A DNA stretch of 64,000 nucleotides from a virus (taxonomy: Duplodnaviria; Caudoviricetes). Every line of letters begins with the position of its first letter. The first letter of the stretch is position 1. The stretch lies in IMG/VR virus record IMGVR_UViG_3300017963_000189. One strand, written 5' to 3'. The notes under the pieces are model-generated. The model had not been told where the DNA came from. It made no database searches and saw only the letters and a list, made by a program, of their open reading frames with translations. Shown piece by piece: positions 16,228 to 27,136 of this stretch. The position numbers were made by a program, and so were the translations under genes.

Positions 16228-18066
16228 CTATTTCTCCTTGTTTTTCCGTACTCGATGTCTAAATAATAATTTAGGTGTACTTTTCGTCTCCGTTTTTAAA
16301 TCTATTTGTATATATTGATTCTTTTGACCATCGATTTCAATAATTAACTTTGTACCATCAACATTTACTTTTAATGGTTGTTGTGGTTCACAATAATGTT
16401 CAGGTGGATATAAATCTACTTGAGCTGTCTTTTTATTTATTACACTTGTATGTACATCGTTACCACAACCGTGTACTTCTTTCCAAATGTTTTCAAGTTG
16501 ATCTTGACCCTCAGGTGTCTTGGCGAGTTGTTCTAATGATTCTCCCATTTTTTTGGTATACCAAGTTTTTAACTTAGCTTTCCTTTTCATAATCTCTTGA
16601 GCATCCATCGTGTCTACATCCCACTTGTTTTCTTTCCATACTTTCGCCCAATCTTCGTCAAGTTTCTTTCCTGCTTCACCACCAATATAATGTGACCCTG
16701 CATTTCCCGTTCCCGAATTTTTCATTGTTATATTCGATGGATCGGTATAAATCTTAGCAGATATTTTCATCATTTTATCTTTTCCATCTTTATCTTTATA
16801 CATAACAACTAAATCCGTCGGATCAACTTTTTCATCAATACCGTATAAATCCATAAGTTTTTTTGCACCAATACCACCAGTATTTCTAGCATCAGTTATT
16901 GTAGCTCCTTCAGGAAGTGATCCACGAATTTTATCGGCTAACTCTTTGTTTGTCTCATTTGACGCTTTAAGATTTCCACCAAGTTTTTTATATTCTTCAG
17001 TATTATGATCATGTAATTCTTTAGCTTCTTTATAGTTTTGTGAATCTTCAGGTATCAAATCCAACACTACTCCAGATTCATTATATTTTCCGGACATATC
17101 AGCTAATGCTCTATCTGCAGACGAACCACGAATCGGCACCGATATTCCCTCTTTTTTTATCATTTCGTTCATTAATCTTGTTACTACAGTTCCACTATCT
17201 CCGGTCATAGCTTTATAATGAACACCATATTCAGGACCCGCTTGTGGAGTTAAATAAATCTTTTTACCACCAGCATGACCTTCAATAATAATGTAATCGG
17301 CTAATCTATTAAGATTTTCTACTCTTTCTTCGTATGTCTTAGCATTTATAAATCCATCCCATGAGTTAGAAAGAATGTCTATCCTTTTCTTTGTTTCCGG
17401 GTCAGCATCTTTTGTTTTGTCTCTTATCTTATCGAGTTTCGCCTTTTCTTTTTCATAAGCCTTACCCTTGATCACGGGCTCAACTGGAGTTCCCTTTGGT
17501 TCTTCCTCTTTTTCTACGGGCTCGCCCTTTTCGGCTTTGGCGATGTCCTCCGGTGACGCGTCCTTTTTGACTAAAACCTGACCGCGTTTTGGATCGTGTG
17601 ACTTAACCGTGTAAATGTTTCCTGTCTCTTTCTTCTTTACTATGTCATCCTCGTTTATCTCGTCCTCGTCCTCGGTGTCCACATCTAAATAATCTAACTC
17701 TAACATTATTTCTTCGGTGTAAGGTGTGTCTCGTTCTTCCTCGTCTCTATCATCCATTGGTAACTTGTCTTGATCCGCATGATCTTGTGGTTGTATTGGA
17801 TTGATATAAGGTTGCGGTTCTGCTTGATCGGAATGAACGCCATCAAAATCTGTATAAATACCAACTTGATCTATTTTATTTGGATTCTTTTTCACAGGGA
17901 TTCTGAGATTGTTCATTGTCTTTTCTATTAATTCATATGACATCCCTTTTTCTTCAAAAATCTCTCGTAATATTATTAAATGATCGTTGTTTTTCAAATC
18001 AGGCAAACCATTTGATACTCGATATGATAATTCTTTAATAACTTCCTCTATAAACTCTTTGTTCAT
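16228..18066 (-). CDS. large protein, probably virion-associated, with possible nuclease-like C-terminal domain
   Basis: N-terminal ELSYRVSNGLPDLKN segment, acidic linker, C-terminal PTDLVV...ISAK; preceded by a TATTTATA motif and GGAG RBS. Confidence 0.6.
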   Translation of the reverse strand: MNKEFIEEVIKELSYRVSNGLPDLKNNDHLIILREIFEEKGMSYELIEKTMNNLRIPVKKNPNKIDQVGIYTDFDGVHSDQAEPQPYINPIQPQDHADQDKLPMDDRDEEERDTPYTEEIMLELDYLDVDTEDEDEINEDDIVKKKETGNIYTVKSHDPKRGQVLVKKDASPEDIAKAEKGEPVEKEEEPKGTPVEPVIKGKAYEKEKAKLDKIRDKTKDADPETKKRIDILSNSWDGFINAKTYEERVENLNRLADYIIIEGHAGGKKIYLTPQAGPEYGVHYKAMTGDSGTVVTRLMNEMIKKEGISVPIRGSSADRALADMSGKYNESGVVLDLIPEDSQNYKEAKELHDHNTEEYKKLGGNLKASNETNKELADKIRGSLPEGATITDARNTGGIGAKKLMDLYGIDEKVDPTDLVVMYKDKDGKDKMMKISAKIYTDPSNITMKNSGTGNAGSHYIGGEAGKKLDEDWAKVWKENKWDVDTMDAQEIMKRKAKLKTWYTKKMGESLEQLAKTPEGQDQLENIWKEVHGCGNDVHTSVINKKTAQVDLYPPEHYCEPQQPLKVNVDGTKLIIEIDGQKNQYIQIDLKTETKSTPKLLFRHRVRKNKEK

Positions 18067-18095
18067 ATGTTTTCTCCATTACATTATTATCCATA

Positions 18096-18103
18096 TATAA
18101 ATA
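18096..18103 (-). promoter_or_regulatory. TATTTATA promoter-like motif
   Basis: Intergenic, 30 nt upstream of 16228..18066. Confidence 0.6.
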
Positions 18104-18121
18104 TAAGTATGTCTAATATTT

Positions 18122-19471
18122 CTATTCCGAATTGAATGTTTTTGTTATATCTTGTAAGTCTTGATAATCATATCCAAAATAAGCTTTTGTTGGAAATACT
18201 TTTAATATATCTCGTAATCCATTTATCATTTCTTTTCCATCTTCTTGACTTATGTCAAATAAAAAAGAATCATATACATACATCACTAACTTTGATTTAT
18301 AGTTTTTCAAATACTCATTTATCTTTTGAATTAAAATCATATTGGCTTCCGTTTCCATACATTGAATAAAATAGTTGAATATTTTTGTGGGGCTCGGATC
18401 AACAATATGTTTCAAATATATTCTTCTTTGAGATAATGGAGTTTCATAATATCCATCTTTTTTTATTTGTCGCCAAATACCAAAATAAAAATCCTGTACC
18501 TTGGCGAAAAATGGAACAGCTTCCCTGACTTCCTTTGGTACTCCACCATATAAAAGTTGAAAATTCATCGTCTTAGAATCATTGTATTCTTCCTCAGTTA
18601 ATTCCTCTTTTCCAAAATAATATCGACCTAAATATGTGTGTATATTCTTTTCGCCAAACTCGTAGCCGATTAACCTGGCGATAAGATTCAAATGATATGA
18701 ATCAAAATCAAATAATAAAAAGGCGTCATTGGTTGGAATGAATGACTTTCTATGTCCTTTATCCTTGTCTATGGCAGCAAAATTCAACCCACCATACTTA
18801 TTCGATGGGCGACCGGTAGATGTGTAAAAGTTGTACTCACTATATATCTTGTTGTCACTCGATATGTACTTTTTTATTTTTTCGCCGTAATACTTCTCTA
18901 ATGTGTCCACATTTACACCTATTCCATTCCTCTCTACATCATACATCGTTTCTAAATTCTTCGTGTAAAAATCATATCCACTTGGAATTAAATGATTCAT
19001 TCTTATAGAAATAATTTTTCCGGCATTATCTTGATGTAATTCAACGTGTTTTGGTAATGGAATGTAACTATTTATATTTTGTTCGTGACTATATTTTCTG
19101 TTGTAATAAAGGTGTGTCTGAGTGTCCAGATTCCACACGGGCGTATTGTTATGATACAGATAGTAAAACATATCCATATCTTTTATGTCCTTGTTTTTTA
19201 TAAAACTTAGAAGTCGTTTTTGGTTGATAGTCCATATTATGCTTGGTTGAATCTCGTCTAATATCGATATATCCATATTAACGGTGTCGGTGTGATTAAA
19301 TCCAATAACATATTCGTCGCCAGAATCAACTACCCTAACATAAATCAATGATAATTCATTGTCACAATAATGTTTTGTTGGATTTACTAAAGTAGGTAAA
19401 ATAACTATTTCTTTGTTCTCGATTACCGATAAAAATACCTTGTAATCGTCCATTGTTTCTATAATATTCAT
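18122..19471 (-). CDS. polA: divergent, short family A DNA polymerase
   Basis: TSTGRPS, motif A LFDFDSYHL, motif B SKTMNFQLLYGG, NYFIQ, motif C VYDSFLFD; only 449 aa. Confidence 0.85.
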   Translation of the reverse strand: MNIIETMDDYKVFLSVIENKEIVILPTLVNPTKHYCDNELSLIYVRVVDSGDEYVIGFNHTDTVNMDISILDEIQPSIIWTINQKRLLSFIKNKDIKDMDMFYYLYHNNTPVWNLDTQTHLYYNRKYSHEQNINSYIPLPKHVELHQDNAGKIISIRMNHLIPSGYDFYTKNLETMYDVERNGIGVNVDTLEKYYGEKIKKYISSDNKIYSEYNFYTSTGRPSNKYGGLNFAAIDKDKGHRKSFIPTNDAFLLFDFDSYHLNLIARLIGYEFGEKNIHTYLGRYYFGKEELTEEEYNDSKTMNFQLLYGGVPKEVREAVPFFAKVQDFYFGIWRQIKKDGYYETPLSQRRIYLKHIVDPSPTKIFNYFIQCMETEANMILIQKINEYLKNYKSKLVMYVYDSFLFDISQEDGKEMINGLRDILKVFPTKAYFGYDYQDLQDITKTFNSE

Positions 19472-19491
19472 TCATAACCTTTGGTAAGATG

Positions 19492-19866
19492 TTAACCTTG
19501 CCAGAATTGTAATAAATTTCCCAAATACAACGAAATTCCTGGCATATTTTTTTCTTGAAAAATAAGTGTATTACTATTTTTACGCTGTATTTCGTCAAAA
19601 GTTCCATTAATTACCCAGCGTAACCGAATCGCTGAGTAATAACTTGACGCGGATGTAGGAAATATACCTGTTAACTTCAAATACTCGTCCTTGTCTATCT
19701 CTATAATTTGAGCTTTTTCATTTACTCGTGGCTTGGCGAAATATCGTTCAATATATCCAATACGATAATCTTCAGCATCAGGTTGTGGAAGATGTTGTTT
19801 TGGATATTTGCGTATTGTCGCTGATTCGCCGGACGCTCTACTATATTCTTTACGTAATTGGTTCAT
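19492..19866 (-). CDS. hypothetical protein (baseplate region)
   Basis: ORF track gives 19953; the ATG at 19866 (MNQLRKEY) minimises overlap with the hub gene. Confidence 0.65.
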   Translation of the reverse strand: MNQLRKEYSRASGESATIRKYPKQHLPQPDAEDYRIGYIERYFAKPRVNEKAQIIEIDKDEYLKLTGIFPTSASSYYSAIRLRWVINGTFDEIQRKNSNTLIFQEKNMPGISLYLGNLLQFWQG

Positions 19867-22078
19867 TTTCAGTAAATCCCTCGTCACTTGTTGAATCTTC
19901 GTTTTCTTGTGCAGGTGTAATAGGTGTAGATGATTTTTCTCCACTATTATCATAAGTATTAACAGGTCTAAAGAACGCTCTTAATGTCGTTGTCCAATCA
20001 TCAGAAGTAATTTCATGAGCAATTTCCACTACTTGAAATACACCAGAATCTTTATACATTTTTGGTAAATTATCTAATGTAAATACATTTCCAGGTAATA
20101 TACCACTTATACCATCTATTGTTACACTTATTTCTAATGGATAAATGGGAATAAGTTTTTGTTCATTTTTCTTTGTTCTTTGTCGTAAATATTCATCGAC
20201 CAACTTTATATCATTTTCATTTCTATAAAAATATCTTTCATCTTTATTTGGTTTTTTACCATCACGCCAAAATACGCCACCAGCATCATCAGATTCCAAA
20301 TCTCTACCCCTAACATTTGATTCTTCCTCAGCCGCTTCATCCGTCTTTTCCTCTAAAGCAACATCAGGTTCAAATCTCAAGTTTCTCAACACTCTATCTA
20401 CAGTATTACCATATACTGATGTAACACCACTATCCGAATCGGCACTATATACCATATTTTGTGATTTTTCTTTATCTTTATTTTTTCCAAAAAAGTAAGT
20501 TAATGCTACTTGATTTGTCATTTTTGATGTAAATCCCACATTTCGTAAAATACTCTCACCACTATAACCACCAAAATTAAAAATCTCATTATTCTTGGCT
20601 TCGTCGTCTTTATTACTCATTAACATTCCTACGTCGGCTAATGATTTTCTACTTACATACTTTTGATCTATAATATGAGACTTACTTTCGCCAAGGGCGT
20701 TCGTTTGTATCTTTAAATCCCATAAATCAAATAATGAATTCCTAACCTTGTTCATCATTTTCATTACTGCTTCTTCAAGAGTCTCACTCGTGTTAAATGA
20801 ATCAACTACTAAACTTCTTTTCAAATATACATTCTTTAAAAATCCATCTTTTAACGGATCAATTTCACCAAACAAATCTTTATTATAATCGTCAGGTGGA
20901 GTAGGAAATGGTATCATAGTAGCATTATTATTGTTATTAATAAGTACATCCGAACTACGAGAATATAAAAAATCTCCATCATTCGACACTTTTGTTTGTG
21001 AACTATCCATTTCAAAAGCGAAAAACTTTGGATCACCATTAACTATCGGACAACCATGTTTATTTATTATTTTCTTTTCTATAAATTCCCACGACATAAA
21101 AACATCGCCTTCAGTATCAGGTATATGTGTTATTGTAGGTGAAAGTAAACTACCAAAAAAACTTACACTTGTAGTTCCTTCAACATCTTCTACTTTTACA
21201 AGATGTCTTTTATCGTCAAGACTATCTATTTGTTTTCCTAAATTTTCTTGACTAAATGCTTTTTCAGTAAATTCTCGTATACCATATACTTTCTTATCAT
21301 CTTTTTTCGTCGTTCCTTGATTTTTTACATCCTTGTTTAAATTCAAGGCTAACATAGTCTCACCAAATGTAGTTAACTCGGTCGTACAAGTAAAACTACC
21401 ATCTTCATTCATATTCCATGTCCAATTCGTGATAATACCAATAAAGAAATCTTGATTTCCGGCGTAGGCTCTATTGTCACCTTTCAAAACAACTTTTTTC
21501 ATAACTTCAGCAGGATAACGATATAATTCAGCCATTGCTACATCGTCCTCAAAATTTACACCAACCGGAATTTGACCTATATTCGACCAACCCCATTCTA
21601 CCATTACACTTATTCCTGGCGTCAACCAATAAGGCATCAAAATGTCCAAATCCTCTACACTTGGACAAACCCAATTTATTGTGATCTTCCTCAATGATCC
21701 ATATTCACCTTTACTGGCTACTGAAATCGATTCTATACCTGGCATCGGTCTATCTAACAACTCTCGTCCTTTCGCCACTCGTTGATAAACGGGCTCAAAA
21801 CCACCACGCGTGGCGCCTGACGGACGAAGTAAACCACCTACCATTATGTTGATGTCCTTTCGTATTTCCTCAGGAAAATGACCTGTCTCGGTCACTCCAC
21901 TGTTGCCAACTTTTCTCGTTTGGGATGTTACTCGTACAGCATTTGACACTGCTCGTACCCAAACGGCACGCGGTTTGTTGTCCTCGCCGAATGTTTGGTT
22001 TTTTCGTCTCAATAACTCTTTCTTGATGTTTGGATGAAAATCACCTAATACCGGCCATGTCCTAAATTCATTCGCCAT
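19850..22078 (-). CDS. baseplate hub protein (gp27 / P2 gpD-like)
   Basis: PMPGIESISV, PGISVMVEWGWS, C-terminal ISVTIDGISGILPGNVF...FQVVEIAHEITSDDWTTTL; follows the LysM gene. Confidence 0.75.
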   Translation of the reverse strand: MANEFRTWPVLGDFHPNIKKELLRRKNQTFGEDNKPRAVWVRAVSNAVRVTSQTRKVGNSGVTETGHFPEEIRKDINIMVGGLLRPSGATRGGFEPVYQRVAKGRELLDRPMPGIESISVASKGEYGSLRKITINWVCPSVEDLDILMPYWLTPGISVMVEWGWSNIGQIPVGVNFEDDVAMAELYRYPAEVMKKVVLKGDNRAYAGNQDFFIGIITNWTWNMNEDGSFTCTTELTTFGETMLALNLNKDVKNQGTTKKDDKKVYGIREFTEKAFSQENLGKQIDSLDDKRHLVKVEDVEGTTSVSFFGSLLSPTITHIPDTEGDVFMSWEFIEKKIINKHGCPIVNGDPKFFAFEMDSSQTKVSNDGDFLYSRSSDVLINNNNNATMIPFPTPPDDYNKDLFGEIDPLKDGFLKNVYLKRSLVVDSFNTSETLEEAVMKMMNKVRNSLFDLWDLKIQTNALGESKSHIIDQKYVSRKSLADVGMLMSNKDDEAKNNEIFNFGGYSGESILRNVGFTSKMTNQVALTYFFGKNKDKEKSQNMVYSADSDSGVTSVYGNTVDRVLRNLRFEPDVALEEKTDEAAEEESNVRGRDLESDDAGGVFWRDGKKPNKDERYFYRNENDIKLVDEYLRQRTKKNEQKLIPIYPLEISVTIDGISGILPGNVFTLDNLPKMYKDSGVFQVVEIAHEITSDDWTTTLRAFFRPVNTYDNSGEKSSTPITPAQENEDSTSDEGFTENEPIT

Positions 22079-22081
22079 TTA

Positions 22082-22390
22082 TTACCTCGTTTGATTTATT
22101 ATTTCTAAATCAGAAAATATTTTTGATAGATTTTGTGGAATTCTAAGCTGTGTGCCAGGAATAACATTTAATGTTCCTTTTCCAACATGATTTGCTTGAG
22201 CAATAATCCACCATAAATTTACATCATTGTAATATCGGCTCGCCAGTAAATCGAGACGATCTCCAATGTTTGTAATAATATAAATATCACTATCATCAAT
22301 TTCAATTTGTGGATATAACGTTGAATCAAATTTCCTAAAGTTTTTATCCTTGTCTCGTGTTACATTTGTCGATTCATATCTATATGGCAT
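22082..22390 (-). CDS. LysM-fold baseplate protein (P2 gpX-like)
   Basis: GDRLDLLASRYYNDVNLWWIIAQAN...GTQLRIP. Confidence 0.88.
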   Translation of the reverse strand: MPYRYESTNVTRDKDKNFRKFDSTLYPQIEIDDSDIYIITNIGDRLDLLASRYYNDVNLWWIIAQANHVGKGTLNVIPGTQLRIPQNLSKIFSDLEIINQTR

Positions 22391-24621
22391 TATAATGCTC
22401 CTGTATCATTTTGTGGATTTGAATTTGGATTTGTACCTTCCTCTTGCCATTTCTTCACTGCACTATAAAATGGTGAAGTTGAACTCAATGGTTTCTTTTC
22501 AAGTCCAAATGGTGTAAATCCATTTACACTAACTCGTATCAATCTTGGAAGTTTCGCCACTTGTATCTTGTCTATATCAGTTACTGCTTGTGGTTGTTCT
22601 TGTCTCAACTCCCAAGTCGCTTCGTCGTCAATCGTTACGGTCATACCGCCCATCATTATTCCAGGTACATCAGTAAATAAATCACCGATTGTAAGTTTTA
22701 TGAATGGTGCTTCCATATAATTACCTGATCGTCTTGATAAACCTCTATACTTTGGATAGTTCAATCCAATAAGATAATTCAATTTTTCATATAAAGGTTT
22801 CAACTCTTTTGGCGAAAATGGAACAATAGAGAAACTAAAATTAATTGACCTTTCAGCACCACTATATGTATAAACATTATCAGCTCTACCAATATACTTT
22901 TTACCATTCCATGTAGGTGTAATGTTATCAGTTATCCCTGTTAAATTAGCACGAAATACTATCCATTTTTGTTCATTTATATGAAAGAACTTGAAAGGTA
23001 TCATATCACTAAATTCTCTCTCAATACCTTTATCATCTGTTTCAAGATTTTCGCCATATGGAAGTTGATTGACTAAATCACCCTTTCGATCCTCGGCTCT
23101 TGGGGCACCCGATCGAGCCATTCCATATCCCTTCGGACTGTGTATGATCCTCAATCCCTTTTGAACGGGTTTATTCCTATCATCGTCGATGATCGATTGT
23201 ACATACTTCGTGTAAGGTTTTCTATCATCTAATGACGGTGTAAGATTTTCGATGTCCGCCGTTCCCTCTTTGTCGCCAGTCCTCTTTTTCATTACATCGC
23301 CGTAGGCCTGCATGTACTGGTTCACTGTAGGTATATCATCTTGCGGATTGAATAATATACGTTGATCGTCAAAACCATCTTGATAACCCGCAGCAGTTTC
23401 TAACTTGTCACGGGACGCAAATGTAAATCCCTTTGGTGGCGATTCCGTACCACTTCCTACCTTCGTTACTTTTTCTATCGCCTCAAGTACGGCATTTAGT
23501 GGAGATTCACTCAAATCTACAGCATATGTGTCAAGTAATTCTCCATCTTCATTCAATACTCGTATCTCATTTCCATTATACGCAGCATATGGAAATGTCG
23601 CATTATATTTATTGTATATTTTTATTTTTTCTGCTTTTGACAAAATACCATATCCAAATAATCTCAAAATCGTATTAGCATAAGGTATCTTCCTCAACAA
23701 ATCTTGTAAAAAACTTGTACCACTATTATTTTGATTTATCGTTATTTGAGCATCTAATATAGGATTGAAACCGGACGCTTTTGTAAATCTAAATGCTTGA
23801 GCAGCAAGTCCTATATTCCTATACATTTCTTCGCCAGGTGTAAGACGATTACTCGTTGGCATTCCTGCTCCATCTGGCCCAATAGGATATAAATAACGAT
23901 TTGGATTTATACTCTCCCACGTCGAAGCATTCATCATGTAATCACGACCACTAAACGCATAATTTACACCAGGTAAATCATCGTTCGCTATCTTTGAAGA
24001 AGCAAGCGGTGATTGATTTACATTCCTACTTTTCATGTCGGTCGTCCAAATCGCTTCGGTGTAGTTAGCTGGAACTGAACCCATGATAAAGTTTGTTGGT
24101 AATCCAAATAAAGAATCAACATTCATGTGTCGTCGTTCATGATAATCGACAAGTGGAATAGTATTGCTGAACACAGACAATGGATTATATAACTTCGATT
24201 CTAATGTCGGATTTACTAACTGCATAGCTACTTGAGTCGCAGCAAAATTCATTCCCTTTGGAGAAACTAAAAAATTCGCCGTGGCTTCTCGTCTCGTGTT
24301 CGTGTAATCCAATTTCGTAGAATACTGATCTCTTGATTCATTTGGTTTTATGAATACTAATGGTTCAGCATGTTGTCCAAGATAATTCGCTTTTAATAAA
24401 GGAGCATTCGTGTAATGTTCCTCAGCCATTTGACGAATAGTTGATTCAGGTAATGGATCAGATGATACCGGAGTCTTTGTAATTTGATTAAGTTTGAAAT
24501 CCGTTTCCGATCCTGCAGTTTTATTCAATGTAAATCCTGTCGCATCCCTATTATCCATAAAGTCAACGGTTTTTCCAACTCCACGAAATATACTTCTATT
24601 ATATAAATCTATTAAACTCAC
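22390..24621 (-). CDS. baseplate/tube-initiator protein with C-terminal tube-like domain
   Basis: C-terminal IPFKF...FRANLTGITDNITPTW...YIGRADNVYTYSGAERSINFSF...PFIKLTIGD; GTG start with GGAG RBS. Confidence 0.7.
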   Translation of the reverse strand: MSLIDLYNRSIFRGVGKTVDFMDNRDATGFTLNKTAGSETDFKLNQITKTPVSSDPLPESTIRQMAEEHYTNAPLLKANYLGQHAEPLVFIKPNESRDQYSTKLDYTNTRREATANFLVSPKGMNFAATQVAMQLVNPTLESKLYNPLSVFSNTIPLVDYHERRHMNVDSLFGLPTNFIMGSVPANYTEAIWTTDMKSRNVNQSPLASSKIANDDLPGVNYAFSGRDYMMNASTWESINPNRYLYPIGPDGAGMPTSNRLTPGEEMYRNIGLAAQAFRFTKASGFNPILDAQITINQNNSGTSFLQDLLRKIPYANTILRLFGYGILSKAEKIKIYNKYNATFPYAAYNGNEIRVLNEDGELLDTYAVDLSESPLNAVLEAIEKVTKVGSGTESPPKGFTFASRDKLETAAGYQDGFDDQRILFNPQDDIPTVNQYMQAYGDVMKKRTGDKEGTADIENLTPSLDDRKPYTKYVQSIIDDDRNKPVQKGLRIIHSPKGYGMARSGAPRAEDRKGDLVNQLPYGENLETDDKGIEREFSDMIPFKFFHINEQKWIVFRANLTGITDNITPTWNGKKYIGRADNVYTYSGAERSINFSFSIVPFSPKELKPLYEKLNYLIGLNYPKYRGLSRRSGNYMEAPFIKLTIGDLFTDVPGIMMGGMTVTIDDEATWELRQEQPQAVTDIDKIQVAKLPRLIRVSVNGFTPFGLEKKPLSSTSPFYSAVKKWQEEGTNPNSNPQNDTGAL

Positions 24622-24635
24622 TTAATTTCTCCATT

Positions 24636-26828
24636 TTACGCTTTACGAGCTTCTTTGGATAACCATTCACCTATTTTTGCACCATTAAGTTTCAAATCTA
24701 TTCCATCTACAAATAATTCCTCTATATCATCAAGTTTCTTTACTACATCGTCTAATGAAACATTTACTTGTGTTCCCTCTACATATGTTCCAAGTGCTCC
24801 TGCAGCTGCAGCAGCGAAAGGAATACCACCACCTACGGTCGCAACATTCAAGGCTTGTACCGCTTCAGCAGCATCACCGATTACTCCAAACTTCGTTGAT
24901 AACTCAATAATTTGTCCTAATCCACTTGCAATAGATTCAAGTCCATTTCCTATACTATTTATTCCTTCGCCCAATACCCAAAAGGCTCCACCTAACGCGG
25001 TGATCACTCCAACCGCTACTCCCATAAGAATAAGTTGTGGACCTGTGAGTAATGACCCAAGAGCAAACATGGCCGCGGTTAAACCAATAAGAGCTGTACC
25101 TGCAATCGCTAAATCTTCCCATGTCACGTCAGCAAATTGCTGTAACGCTTTTCCAAGTAAGAAAATACTACCTGCTAAAACGACCATCAATACTGCTCCC
25201 TTAGCTATAGCACTCCAAGATAAACCACCAAATACATTTCCCATAATTCCACCTTGACCAAACCCAGGAAGTTTTAACTTACCTAATCCACTCATAGCTG
25301 CTCGTAATCCCCAAATCGCTGCTGCAGCAAGTCCTGCGGTAGCAATAAATTTTACTAACGTCATTGTCCAATGTTCAGTTTGACCTGCAGCATCACCGGC
25401 TTGAGGCAACCAACCACCTAATACATCAAATATAGCATTCATTCCATCCGCTATACCACCTAATACATTTGCTAATACAGTAAATGTAGGAGCAAGGAAT
25501 GTGGCTACAAAATTACCAAGTTTCACTAAAGCATTTGTTAATTGTGTTAATCCGGACATTACTTGTTTATTCGTTCCTAATACCTCTTGTAATGACATCC
25601 CTTTCGCCATTGCTTCGGCAGCGGTGATTTGTCCGTTCGTTAACTTCGTTAATAATTCTTGTCGAGAAATCATTTTACCTAACTCACCCGCACTCATTCC
25701 AAAGGCTTCTGCTAACGCTCGACGTTGAATGACGTTCATTTCTTCAAATTCTGCTTGTGATCCAACTTGTTTCAAAATCTCTTGTTGCATTCCAGCTAAA
25801 TCACCTTGAAGTGCTAACGCTCTAGCACGTTCAGTGTTGATTTGTCTACCGGTTAACAACATAGCATTCATTTGATTTTCAATAGAACTTTCAAACTCAA
25901 GTAACTTGTCAGCAGCTCCTACTACCGTTCCTATACTTACACCTAATTGTCTCGCTTGTACAGCAGCAATAACAATGTTGTTACCACTATCTTTCATATA
26001 ACCTGCTAATGCTTCTGCATTATCAGCTATATCCTTCATTACCATGTTTCTCGCCACTCCGGCACTCTCAGATAATGTGGATGTAAACTTTATCATATTT
26101 GTCGCCATTTCCTCAGATCCAGCAGTAATAGTCATTAATGACGACATAAGATTTGTCGCTTCGTCGGCAGAAATTCCCATCGTTACACTTAATATAGCCG
26201 TGTTCTTTACTAAATCCCTTGAAATAAACTCAATCGAACCAAACTCTTGTGTTAATGCTTGTGTGTATTCTAATGTCTCTTGTTGACTTATTCCTAAATG
26301 ACCCAACTCAGCAGCCACTCCCATAGCTTGATTATTTAATCTTTGAAACTGATCACCAACTATACCGGTCGTCTTACGAAATTCTTCCCCTCTCTTGTTC
26401 CAATCAACAAACATTTTCGCTATGAGCGCTACACCAGCAATCATCAATACCAATGGATTTGTCACAATTCCCCACAAACGTCCGGCGAAAGCAGCAACAC
26501 TCATTTGCATTTCCTGCCATCGATTAGCAGATTGTTCTGACGCATCGTTGAATGACTTTTGTAAATCTAATCTATTTTCTGCGGTCTTTAAAATCTCTTT
26601 TTGTGTTTGTTGAAATTTCTTCGCTTCAGATACAGTAAGTTTCTTATCCCTACTTAATTGTGCTTCAATCAACCACATTTGTTTCGCCTTGGAAACGGTA
26701 CTACCCAATATATCATTATTCTCTTTGGAAAGTTTCTTTATCTCAGAATAAATTTTACCGGTGTCGGACATCAACCCGCGTAATTCTTTCGCTGATTTTA
26801 CTTGATCGTTTAAGCCTTCATTCGCCAT
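24636..26828 (-). CDS. tape measure protein
   Basis: Ala/Gly/Leu-rich helical protein with hydrophobic repeats, between chaperone and baseplate genes. Confidence 0.85.
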   Translation of the reverse strand: MANEGLNDQVKSAKELRGLMSDTGKIYSEIKKLSKENNDILGSTVSKAKQMWLIEAQLSRDKKLTVSEAKKFQQTQKEILKTAENRLDLQKSFNDASEQSANRWQEMQMSVAAFAGRLWGIVTNPLVLMIAGVALIAKMFVDWNKRGEEFRKTTGIVGDQFQRLNNQAMGVAAELGHLGISQQETLEYTQALTQEFGSIEFISRDLVKNTAILSVTMGISADEATNLMSSLMTITAGSEEMATNMIKFTSTLSESAGVARNMVMKDIADNAEALAGYMKDSGNNIVIAAVQARQLGVSIGTVVGAADKLLEFESSIENQMNAMLLTGRQINTERARALALQGDLAGMQQEILKQVGSQAEFEEMNVIQRRALAEAFGMSAGELGKMISRQELLTKLTNGQITAAEAMAKGMSLQEVLGTNKQVMSGLTQLTNALVKLGNFVATFLAPTFTVLANVLGGIADGMNAIFDVLGGWLPQAGDAAGQTEHWTMTLVKFIATAGLAAAAIWGLRAAMSGLGKLKLPGFGQGGIMGNVFGGLSWSAIAKGAVLMVVLAGSIFLLGKALQQFADVTWEDLAIAGTALIGLTAAMFALGSLLTGPQLILMGVAVGVITALGGAFWVLGEGINSIGNGLESIASGLGQIIELSTKFGVIGDAAEAVQALNVATVGGGIPFAAAAAGALGTYVEGTQVNVSLDDVVKKLDDIEELFVDGIDLKLNGAKIGEWLSKEARKA

Positions 26829-26841
26829 CTATTATCTCCAA

Positions 26842-27099
26842 TTATACATTAAAACCTTGTTGTCTTAATGATTTGTCGGCTTTCTCTTTTGCAGCTCTAA
26901 CCATTTCTTTACCATATTTCTTTTCTAAATACTTGATCATATTTTGATATGATTTGTCGGCGTCTTTTATCTTCTTAACTAATTCTTTGTCAGTAGATAC
27001 CTTAGAAGTAACCTTTTCCGGTTTTCCACTAAATATAGCTCCAAGAATGAATGAAATTAACTTACTAATTTTTTCTTCCTTTATTACATCTTTCGCCAT
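26842..27099 (-). CDS. small structural-region hypothetical protein
   Basis: 85 aa; GGAGAG RBS behind a TATTTATA motif. Confidence 0.75.
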   Translation of the reverse strand: MAKDVIKEEKISKLISFILGAIFSGKPEKVTSKVSTDKELVKKIKDADKSYQNMIKYLEKKYGKEMVRAAKEKADKSLRQQGFNV

Positions 27100-27128
27100 G
27101 AATGCTCTCCAAGTTGGTTTTATCTACC

Positions 27129-27136
27129 TATAAATA
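27129..27136 (-). promoter_or_regulatory. TATTTATA promoter-like motif
   Basis: Intergenic, after a terminator and before the tape-measure operon. Confidence 0.6.
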
